This document shows, piece by piece, positions 25,079 to 35,866 of a stretch of 64,000 nucleotides of DNA (within the stretch, counting starts at the first letter, position 1; the number at the start of each line of letters is the position of its first letter). This stretch comes from Paragordius varius. Lineage: Eukaryota; Animalia; Nematomorpha. Below the pieces are notes generated by a model that was given only the letters and a program-made list of their open reading frames with translations, had not been told where the DNA came from and did no database searches. The stretch is from NCBI GenBank assembly GCA_964247055.1, contig OZ176056.1, positions 4,712,001-4,776,000 on the forward strand, read 5' to 3'. Both the position numbers and the translations under genes were made by a program.

Positions 25079-28000
25079 ATTTGCACTTCAAGAGTGTCCT
25101 TGAACACTTCAAGTTGGTCCTTGAACATATCAAGTTGGTCCTTGAACACTTTAAGTTGGTCCTTAAAATGTTTAAACTTCGATTTACCCATAATTTTTGC
25201 AGTTTTTTTATTTTATTATTTTTTAATCTAATTTTCTTTATATATTATACAATTCATTTAAAAATAAAAATTTTTACTCAAAAACCGCTTTCTTTTTTCA
25301 ACTAATTTTTAATTATTAATTTTTGAATGTTTTTAACAAAAAATTGTAAATAATAACCTAGAAAACTTATATATTTTTTAATCAGGTGTTAAAATCTTAT
25401 AAATATCGAATATAATTTTAAGATATTAAAAAAAAGATATACGGTTTCTTAATGATTAAAAATTGATATTGATTTAAAATTGTTAAATAATTGAAAATTG
25501 GTCAAAAACGATAAAATAGATGAATGATTTACAATTTGATTGATAAAAGTTTAAAACAAATCAAAAAAGTCAAAGGACCAACTTGAAGTGTTCAAGAACG
25601 AACTACAAATGTTCAAGGACACTCTTGAAGTGCAAATAGTATATATATATATATATAATAATCATGTTTTAATATGTTTTCTTTGTTCATTTAAAAATGT
25701 TTTTTGTTCACTTTTTAAGTATTATGTTAACTTTATTTTTAGGCAATTAATTTACAATTACCCGGAACAACTTTTCGCTGATGCCGGGGTCATGGCCATA
25801 GAACATGCCGATTTTGATGGGATTGAGCGATTAGCCTTAGTCACTGGTATAATAAATAAAATTTTAAAATTTTAGCAAGAGGGTGTTCAACACGCTTTTT
25901 TTGGTACACAAAAGTACTTTAAAACTAAAAGATTGGATTAGAATCATAAATTTACCACTATTTGGAAGATATATCATCCAAAATTGGGCAATAAATAAAA
26001 AAACAAAAATTATCGAAGCAGCTCGCGAAGTCATTTTCGGGACACCTCTGTTTATGGGAATATTAGGATTTAAATGAATTTTTTCCCTTTTGTTTAAAGT
26101 AAAAATTGATATTATAGAAGACAAAATAATTGAATAAAAGCCATTTTTATAATTAGTTACAATTGTAAAACACATAGCTTAGTGGGTTATTAAATAACAC
26201 TACTATATATCTCCCATAATAAACATGGTTTATTTTCTCCATAAATGAAAATGAGTAATTTATATATGTGTTATTTTTGGTGCTTTACTCCATATTACCC
26301 ATAAACTAGAAAGTTTGTGGTAAGGTGTTTTCATCTCTTAAATCAATTAAACTAAAAAATTAGGCCCTTATTAATATCAGATGAATTGGTTGTAGTTACC
26401 GGTTTTATCAAAAAAGATTAGGGGGTATTTATTTAAATAAAAGTTAGTTTTTTGTGCATTTAACTAAGTTTTTTTTTGTTTCCATTTTTTTAGGTGGGGA
26501 AATAGTATCGACCTTTAGCGCAGAACCCGGTCAAATAAAATTGGGCACATGCGACCTTATTGAAGAAATTATGGTTGGTGAGGATAAAATGCTTAAATTC
26601 TCCGGTTTGTCTCTTTTACGTTATAGATACGTTTTACAGGATACTTTATTTTTTTTAAAATTTTTTCCTAATAAAAAGTTAGAGCGAAATCATTAAACCT
26701 TGCAAAAATGTTATTGCCTAAATTCATTTCGCTAAAATAATATATTATTGATTATATAAAATTTAAGGATTATCTTTTTGCAACCATAAAAGTTGTATAG
26801 TTTATTTGTTTTTCTATTATTTATATTTGATAAAGATGACATTTACATTAATGTATAAATGATTTTAATTTTTTTGAAACGAAATTATTCACCACATGTT
26901 TTCATCTAATCTTGAGATATAAAATGATAGAGCTAGATTAGCCAAAAACTTTAGCAAAATTACTGATAATTTTCAGTAAAAAATATTAATTTTTTTGATT
27001 TTGTTTTTAGGTACACCTGTTTCTGAAGCTTGTACTATAATTTTACGAGGAGCTACTCATCACATTTTAGATGAGGCTGAGCGCGCCCTACATGACGCCC
27101 TTTGTGTTTTAACTCAAGCCCTAAGCTCGAATTATTCGACACATTTATTGGGTATGTGCTTTTTTTTGGTATTGTAGGGAAAAATATACTTTCGAAATTT
27201 CTTTATATATATATACTCTAAAATTCTGCTTAATGTTTGGCCCTGAAATGATTTTCTTTTGATTTGATTTGTGCTTATATATAAATAAATGAAATTGGTT
27301 AAAGATTATTGATGTATATACCTTTATTTATTGCCCCTGTAGATACTAAAGATCGATGTGGCATAGTTTATGGAGGAGGTAATTTATTTAAAATATAATA
27401 TCGTTATATCAAATTTAAAATTATTTCGTTGGTGCTTTTAATTTTTTTTTACCCTAACTTTTTGGCCATATTCAAGCTTATTGATATTGCAAATCAATAT
27501 CTTTTAAACTATTTAAAATTTTAAATTTATTAATTTTTTTGCCCTATTAATATTTTTTCTTACTTAACTTCAGGAGCCAGTGAAATGTTAATGGCAACCG
27601 CCATTCTTAAACTTGCACAAAATACCCCTGGAAAAGAGGCTTTAGCTATGGAAAGTTTTGCTAATGCTTTAATACAGGTATAAAATTTAATTTTACCAGT
27701 TTTAAACAAATAAAAAAACAGGATTAATAAAGTATAAATTAAAATTAAAAAATATTTGTTTTTATATTTTTACGTTTTGTCCGTATAATTTCAATTTTCA
27801 TTATTTTTAACATTGTAATTAAATACCTTATAATAAATCAAGAATTAAAAAAAGGTTGTCTTTTTTTAAAAATATTTGTCCTTATAAATTTACGTTTTGT
27901 CCGTATAATTTCAATTAGCCTAACCTTTTATCTTATTTTTTCAATATGTTCTATTCTATTGTGAGGGTAAATTTATAACATATATATTAAATCACGATTG

Positions 28001-29486
28001 TAATTGTATAGTTTTTAATATGTTATCTTAGTTTACATTTTGTCTTTCTTTATAATTTAAAATTTTACTATATATCTACTTATTGCAAACAATATTGCTG
28101 ATTGAGAAATAAATGAATTTTGATTGGTCTTGGAGCGTTTCTTGAATTCTATGTTAAATCACTCGCGATATAATAATAAGCGAATATAAAATAAATTAAT
28201 TTTAAGCATTTTTTCTTTTGCCACTTCATTACCTGTGGGTAAGGTATTAAGCCGAATTTAAAAATATGCTATCTTTATCTAGTGTAAAAATCCGCATCTC
28301 TTTTTTGCCTCCATTTTTTTCTATATCTTTTTAATCGTTAATGCAACAGACAAATAAATGTATATGGTTGGAAAATATAAATAATTATCTTTACTTCATA
28401 CCAACAAATACTTGATGTATTTTGATTATATCAGCTTTTTTTTCTATCGTGTTTAGAGCGTGCCAATTGTATAGAAGTTACAAGGCTGTAAAATTTTTAT
28501 TAATACATGAAAACAATATTTGATAAAGTTTTATAATTTTCACTCTAGTTTTTTCCAAATTTCAGCTCTGGGATATAAACTACCCCCATATATAGGACAG
28601 AAAAGTGAAAATTTATAAAGTGTTATAATCAGCTTTATTTGTGTGCAACTTATTTTAGTTATGACTGTAGGTTAGCGGTCTGACCGATTCTTTATTAAAT
28701 TTTTTTGGTTAAAAATCTTATTTTAGCAAAATACAAATTTATATTATTCCGACTAGATACCAACCATAATTTCAGATAACGCTGGTCTTGATACAGCAGA
28801 CCTTATCCCCAAGCTTAGAGCGGCTCATTTTCAAGGCCATCATGAAATTGGATTAGGTTTTTTCGCAATATTACACATACTTTTTTAAAAAGTATATGTT
28901 ATACATTTAAATTTCAAATATGCGAATGAATTTTTTTAAATTACTTTTTCTAAAACCCGAAATAATTTATAGTTATAGATAATAATATCAGATGAATGCT
29001 CAGTATAATATGTTAGAGGCTTTAATTTAATGATAAAGATTTAATTTGTGGTTAATACGATTATTTTTTATTATACATAAAGAGATCATCTTATTTTTTT
29101 ATATATTATAAATTTGTATAACCTTTACAATCAAACTCACTCATCGTTATCAATCAATTATATTTTAGTTAATATAAATGCGTAAACATATAAAAATATT
29201 TTTGTTGATAACTTCTAATTAATTAGAAATAAGTGTTAGTTTAAATGAAAATAAGTGGAGTTATTTGATTGGTGGGAAAAAGTAAAATGTGATATATATA
29301 TCTACAAATATAGATGTAAATGCCAATGGTTTGGGCAACGTTAAAGAATTGGGTGTAACCGAACCCCTTAGAGTTAAACTCCAAGCCTTACTCAGTGCCT
29401 CCGAGGCGGCTGAAATGTTGATGAGAGTTGACGAAGTTATAAGGCAAGCACCACGAAAACGACAGCCAGATAGACGTCCATGTTAA
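20059..29486 (+). CDS. CCT2: T-complex protein 1 subunit beta (CCT2), 551 aa. Exons 20059-20061 (ATG, tentative), 20089-20160, 20216-20281, 20343-20466, 20699-20775, 21251-21363, 21987-22113, 22494-22569, 22656-22756, 24056-24183, 25743-25846, 26494-26604, 27011-27151, 27343-27378, 27574-27677, 28757-28856, 29314-29486
   Basis: All 16 introns are GT-AG and phase-consistent; 1656 nt. Motifs [84 protein letters not shown], and the beta-specific C-terminus [12 protein letters not shown]. Only the position of the first exon is uncertain. Confidence 0.97.
23323..23922. mobile_element. Two adjacent TATACCATTT-family foldback MITEs (~23323-23565 and 23587-23922) joined by a (TA)n run, in a CCT2 intron
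   Basis: Second copy has termini TATACCATTTAC / GTAAATGGTATA, with 3-4 copies of the 21-bp unit ACCCTTGAACAATTCAAATTC on each arm in inverted orientation. Confidence 0.8.
25073..25643. mobile_element. TATACCATTT-family foldback MITE, second repeat type, in a CCT2 intron
   Basis: Termini TATACCATTTGCACTTCAAGAGTGTCC / GGACACTCTTGAAGTGCAAATAGTATA; 21-bp unit CTTGAACACTTCAAGTTGGTC; flanked by (TA)n on both sides. Confidence 0.8.
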
Positions 29487-30263
29487 AGATGGCTAAATAA
29501 TTTCTATTAGCGAAAAATTTGACTTTTCCATAAACTTTTTTATACATTGTTAGTCAGTTTACTGCATGGTTTCTCAAAACTTTCTCCTCAAACATGATTG
29601 ATTTTACATTGCATTTTGTCCAAAAAGTTTATATACATACATGAGGAGTTTAAATGCATTGCTAGTTTGTTTATATATTTACAGATAGTATTTACATTAA
29701 GTCATATGTAATTGGATAGAGCAATATTTTTATACCTTAAAGCCAACATAAGTCTTTTTATGTATATTTTATCTGGAAATATTCGATAAAAACTAACAAT
29801 TTATTTGAATTTTTACTGTACCATTCATTTATTTAGTATAGCGTATGGTATAACATTTAGTATCGTCGTAATTAAACACTCTCTTTCTATTGCTAATTAG
29901 TACCTTTTTCATTTAATTATGCACAGATTAAATTTTACACCATACGCCACTGTACTTGATATTGTCTTGACTTTTATTGGTTTTCATTTTTTGTGTGAAG
30001 TATAAGCCTAATATTTTATGTAAACTTTTATGTATGTATCTGTGATGTAATAAATTTACTTAACTTTGAAGTTATAAGGTTAAAGTTTTTATTATATTTT
30101 CCGTTTTTTTAAAAAATTATACATGGAACATTAAATTTCTTATAAATTAGTATAATTATTCTATTGTTCCCATTTCATAACTTTTAAAATTGGGATTTGA
30201 ACACATTTTCAAAAACAAATTTAATTTAATAGGTTTCATATCCATAATTTATACATTTGTTAA

Positions 30264-32620
30264 CACTTAGATTCCAATTGGGGTATCTACACCCCAAACA
30301 GTTTTTAAGTTGATATTTTAAATTACCAAAGAACCGGTGCCAATTTAAATTTATGCTTCTATCCTAATCTATATTATAAAAATGGAAAGTGGTGGCTTTG
30401 TGATCTGTTTCTGAAAAACCGATAGACCCATTCAAATCCAAATGTCGAAGAAATATAATCATTAATTAATGCCCCGACAAAAGCTTCGCCTTTTTTTGAA
30501 TTAGGCCCCCAGTTCGAACCCACCCCGTGTAAAAAACGGTTTTTTTGAAAACAGTAGTCCACAAAAATCGTGTCTTTGAGACAATTTTCCCCAGAACGTG
30601 TTGGACCATTCAATTATATGATTTTTGTTTACTTATTTTCGATTGCGCCGAACATAGCCGGCTCGCTTTTTTAATTTAGGCCCTCTTTTTACCCGCTCCC
30701 CCTGTAAAATGTCATTTTTTTGAAAAAAATCAAGTCCAAAAAATAATTTTTTGAATATATTTCTCGCCCAAGGTATGAGACCGTAAAAATTTAATAAAAA
30801 TTCCAGGTATTTCCTAATAAAGGGCAAAAACTTTAATTGTGCGTTTCTTTTATATTGGTTGCCGTGTAATAAGATACCCGCTAAAAACTGATCCGTTATA
30901 TCGAAATAGTGTGCCTTTGGGGCTAAATTTCAGAATACCTATCTGGCCATATGAGTTCAATAGCTGCTTAAAATATTACCCGTAACAAGGCAAAAATTTA
31001 GATCCTGCCGTTTTTTAAAATTAGCCGTTAATTAGGCCGTTTACGCCCTGAAAAATGCACAACCATAGAATGATTTTTTAATTTTGAGGCAATTTTTCAA
31101 AAACTAATGAGAGCATATGGAATTAATCATGGTTCCAGGTATTAACCGTAAAAAGGCAAAAATTTCAATCAAGCGCTTTTTTGTATCAGCTTCTGGATAG
31201 GGAGCTACCCGCCTAAAACTGCGCCACCATATCAAAATTGCGTTGTTTAGGAGTTAATTTTTAGAAAACTTATCAGGTCATATAAGTTTTATAGGGCCTG
31301 AAATATTACCCGTAAACAGGCAAAAATTTAAGTCGAGCGGTTTTTTAAAATTAGCGGTTAAATAGGCCCTTTACGTTTATGCGCTATCATTGAACTATTA
31401 TTTAGATATTAAGCCATTCTTCCATAATCTATTGAGAACATGTGGAATGAATGATGATTTCATTCCCATATAAAGGCAAAAAATATTATCGAAGGTCTTT
31501 TTTATATTGGCCTCTGAATAGGGGGCTACCCGCGTAAAAATGCGACACTAAATCGATACAGCATGCCTTTGGAGCCGAATTTCAGAAAACTTATGAGAAT
31601 ATGTGAGTTCAATAAGGACCTAAAATATTTATTACCCCTTAAAAAATAAATATTTTAGTATAGGAGGTTATTTCAATGAGTCGCTAAGTAATTTTTTACG
31701 CCCTGAAAATGCGCCGCCATAGAACAATTTTTTAGTTTATAGGAACATCTGGACATTCTGATTCCAGATATTCCCCATATAAATACAAAAATTTTGCCCG
31801 CTTTTTTATACTTGCATCTGGGTAAGAAGCTACCCGCCAAAAACTGTGCTACTGTATAGAAATTGCGTTATTTTGGTACTAATTTAAAGAAGACATATGC
31901 CATATGAGCTTATTTAAATTTCGAATTACTCGTAACTAGGTAAAAATTAAGGTCAGGCCTTTTTCTAAAAATACGCCATGATATAACAATTATTTAGTGT
32001 TGACGTATTTTTTCGAATAACCCATGAGACGATGGTCTTAAAGATGATTCCAAATATTTTCCCTATAAAGGCAAAAAATTTAACTTAGCGCTTTTTCCAT
32101 ATAGGCCTATGGATAGGGATCTACCGGTTAAACTGAGACGACATACAAAAACGGCGTGCTAATTTTCAAAAAATACCCATAAAAAGGTAATTATAGTATA
32201 GCGGTTTTTCCCGTTAGCCGTCAATTTGAAGCCTTACATCAGTAAACAATATATTAGTATGAATGCACCTCTTTGAAAATCCTATGAGATCATAGCTATT
32301 AAATAATGTTTCGAAATAATCCACATATATGAATGATTTTAGTGATCCCTTTTTTCAAATAGCCCCTCCAGAAGGTTTAAATTATTTTTATAAGCTTGTG
32401 GACAGGTCATGTTGGCTAAATTTTTACCTATGGGTTTTGCTTCTAAATAAGTAATATCAAGTATTTTTACATAATTTTTTTATATTTCGGTTCAGTAATA
32501 TTTTATGAGTAAAAACTTTTGCCATGGTTTCTATTTATTCCACATTTTTCAAAATATTTAATATTAAACTAAACTGGAGTATTTAACTACCCCAATTTGA
32601 ATCGAAGGACTGAAAATATT
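30264..32620. mobile_element. piggyBac-like MITE split by a Helitron insertion (left part 30264-30367, right part ~32385-32620)
   Basis: TTAA|CACTTAGATTCC left end. The sequence after 32385 aligns to the middle and right part of the 44464-45000 copy (TACCCCAATTTGAATCGAAGG). Confidence 0.7.
30368..32374 (+). mobile_element. Non-autonomous Helitron, copy B (3'-truncated), with an internal diverged ~290-330-bp tandem repeat
   Basis: A|TCTATATTATAAAAATG 5' end. The internal marker TACC(C/G)G recurs at 30875, 31206, 31527, 31831 and 32122. The 3' part matches window 1-330 and stops at CAGAAG, just before the terminal hairpin seen in copies A and C. Confidence 0.8.
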
Positions 32621-32882
32621 AATTTTATAGTATAACATATACAAACAATCTTGACAGCGGTTTTGTAGAATTCGTGATTGAAAAGCCATTCATGTTAATT
32701 TATACATCAAACCTAATTCATGGCAATAGTTTAAAAAAATTTTATGGTGATGTTTTGCAAAACGTCATAACCACTAATATTTACCTTCAAATTAAATTTT
32801 ACCAGTAATAGCAACGCAATATTGCGAAAAACATTTATGCAATTAGTAAAACATAATATAATAATATAACCATACACACCTT

Positions 32883-34767
32883 TTATACAGGTAGGTTTTC
32901 TTCATTTTTTGTCTGAGTAACTTCCATGTTAGAAACGCGAAACATTAATTGATCCACGCTTCCCAAAACGCTTTGGCTACTTACTTCCAGCGGTTTGGGG
33001 TCAGATATTTTTTCAGGGAAGTTTGAAAGTAAACTTATGTTATCCCCTTCTTGTACATCCAAACTACGGCTTATTATGTCTGCTGGCAAAAAATTGAATA
33101 ACAAATTCTCTGAATCCTTTCGACGATTATCAGGTTGCGAATTTTTACCGCATACAAAATCATTTTTTGCCCCTAATGATGTGCCTTTAGAAGGGCGTCT
33201 TATTACTTTAGTTTTTATTCCATCTGTTCCCAAAAACGGCTGTGCAGGGCTTGATATTAAAATATCCGGATTGTCATTCACTCCATCTGTAGTAACATTA
33301 CTTTGCTGTGTAGGAGGTAAAAACATAATTTCAGACACCTTTTTCTCAACATTAAAATTAGCGGCTGAGCCCTCAAACGGTGTTGCAGTTTGAAATTTTT
33401 TCGTAGCCTCCGTGTATGGTAACTGTGCTGGTTGATCCCCATCCCAGAAAACATCTTTTTCAGATTTAGGGCAAGTCCTGTACATATCATCCACCAAAAG
33501 GTAAGAAATATGAATATTTCGATCAATCATCCAATTCACAGGGAAATCGTCTTCATCCTCGCCCATGGGATTAAGGCAAACCTCAGCAGCTTTCAACCAA
33601 CCCAGGTAAAAAGCGTATTGAAGGATCGTTTTAAATGGTGCACTGTAATCCTTAATACCCTGAAATGAAGAATCTTCTGCCTCATTGGTGATAGCCGAGG
33701 CATTTGGATATAGTCCATGAATCAAAAAGGTTTGACGTCCAAACAAACACAGCACACAAAATGAATAAACAGCCATAACAACAACTTGCGTGTAAACTAA
33801 GGGCAGTGTCATGTAATCATGACCTAACATACCACCAAGTTTACCTCTCACCTCTTTGATTTGTTCGATGAGATGTAGAGCGGCATAATCGCTAGCAATG
33901 TACCCTTCGGTTCTAGCTCTCTTAATTAACGTAGCTGCCCAAGCTATTGGGATCCACCAAACATCTCCGGCATTCATTGTGTCAAGAATTTGAAGTTCAT
34001 TATCTTGCAAAAGACCGGCAATCACCAAATGTTGCATGGTGGGAAATCGTTTTTTAGTGGGTATTGCAATTGACCGCATAACGTTGACATAACCCAAATT
34101 AATGTATCTATGGTAATTGGTTATTTTTAATTACATTGAAATAATTTAAGTTTAATATATCAATACTGATCATAAATTTGGTTTATGACTTCGAAGTTTT
34201 TGTTCCGCATATAAAGCAGTGTACTTATATTACCAATGACTAATGCAAATGATTTCCTTTAACCTCAAATATTAGATAGAACAAATTTTAGATCAAGTTC
34301 TCTATACCTAATATGCATAAAGCTGTAAGCCTATAATAAACTGTGGTAGAAAATTAAGGCATTATTTCGGAATTTTACCTCATTATCGTTCTCCGAATAA
34401 GTCTTGACCGTTCATCTTTTTTATTTATGAGACCTGATAGTAAAAAGGCCAATCTATCGGGATATGGGATACGATTGTAGTATAACCACCAACGAGCTAA
34501 AACGATATCAGTGTAAAAACCAAGGATAAAAGCTAAAGGCACCACACCGAGTAATTCTTCAGCCTTTTCCGCCATATCCATAAACGTACTTTGTTGTTCG
34601 CTTGTTAGCAAATTCACAAATGTGAAATAAAGTAAAATGTAAAACATGGCAAAAACTAGGATACTTTTCCACACCAGCGAATAAAGACTTGCTTTCCAAC
34701 GCCATAAAACGCGAAAAAATATGGCAAATGTACTGGTCGAAAACTCTGCTGAATATGAAACTGTCAT
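32883..34767 (-). CDS. BEST: Bestrophin Ca2+-activated anion channel, 537 aa. Exons 34767-34379 and 34107-32883 (one 271-nt intron)
   Basis: MTVSYS N-terminus, WRWKASLY, PLAFILGFY...ARWW, RRTIMR|YINL across the splice junction, RFP motif (KKRFPT), WWIP, LPLVYTQVV, LGWLKAAE, and the Ca-clasp NPMGEDEDDF. Confidence 0.95.
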
Positions 34768-35866
34768 AGGTTATAGCTTTCTTTTCGACATTTATTTTTT
34801 ATTACCTAATCAAAATATTGTGATTGTTTAATTAATTATTAGTTTTAAATTATTAATAAATATCTACTTTTTATTAAATGATTGATATGTACGTATGCAT
34901 TAAAATTTATATAATGAATATAAAATAACCAAAATCATTAAAGAGTAGCAGATCTCCGATAATTGCATATATAAAAAGGGTTCTTTAATTTAAAGGTGAT
35001 TTTATAATCTTAATTCACAGTGGCCTAACTCTTGACCGTAAACCATTTCAACCTAGCGGCACAAAATAATTTTCAAGGCTTAATTCATAGGTTTTAACTC
35101 TTTTCCCTCATCAAAAAGTATGCATTTATTTGTTTAAAACGATAATATTAAAAAAGGATTCGCTTATTTTATAAAGTAAAGTGGGAGTGAATTTTATTTG
35201 ACAAAGACGATGTAAAACTGATAGCATTTCAAAAATTATAGGGCTATATAAACTTTTCATATTTATAATCTCGAGTATTAATTACAAATAAAATCCTGCA
35301 GTGGGGAGTAAAATTTAGGTAGTGCCATAAATGATAATGGCTAAAGTATTTTAATGAAAATTAAATAATATAATTATCTTTATAATAGTTTTAGGAGTGT
35401 TTTTAACTTTTTTTACAAATGAACAAAACAATAGAAAAGTTCTCACTCTCTGAATAAATAAATCAATTACGTTTCAAGTTAAAAAAGATTTAATTGTTTT
35501 TGTTTATTAACGGTAATCCCTTCCTTAAATGACGTGATAAACTGTGCTTTTAAAGCAAAAAATATTTATTTGCTGTGTACTAACCATACTTAAACAATTT
35601 ACAACAAGTGGTTAAGAAATTAATTCAGGCTGATTTTATCAAACACAACACAATAATTTCCAAAAACAATAGAGAGTTCATTTTAATTTACACATTTTAT
35701 TATAACATAGATTAATTAATTAACGATCACTTTGATTTTATCCTTTAATTATTTTAAGTTATCATCATTATGGACAGCATGAGATAAATCCATTTTATTA
35801 ATTAGTTCTTAATATATTATCAAATTTTACCCATCCTTTTTTAACCCAATAGTGTTTTAGAGCGCA

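Noticed and set aside
25034-25305. ORFs with heptad repeats (LEHFKLV; also FIDWENV at 48513-48707) resembling coiled-coil or repeat proteins
   Set aside because: They are translations of the 21-bp subterminal repeats of foldback elements. The first lies inside a CCT2 intron, and none has a supported start or splice context.
8139-27915. ~50-bp motif TTTGTCCTTATA...TTTTGTCCGTATAATTTCAATT near exons at ~8139, ~11890, ~27770 and ~27880 as a splicing element
   Set aside because: It occurs in both orientations relative to transcription, so it is more simply a short transposon-end remnant.
32995-33668. ORFs 32995-33393, 33278-33526 and 33432-33668 overlapping bestrophin
   Set aside because: Antisense or alternate-frame shadows of a GC-richer exon, with no recognisable motifs. 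The same applies to 39222-39419, 42762-42977, 42833-43096, 43071-43307, 57109-57294 and 59249-59632.
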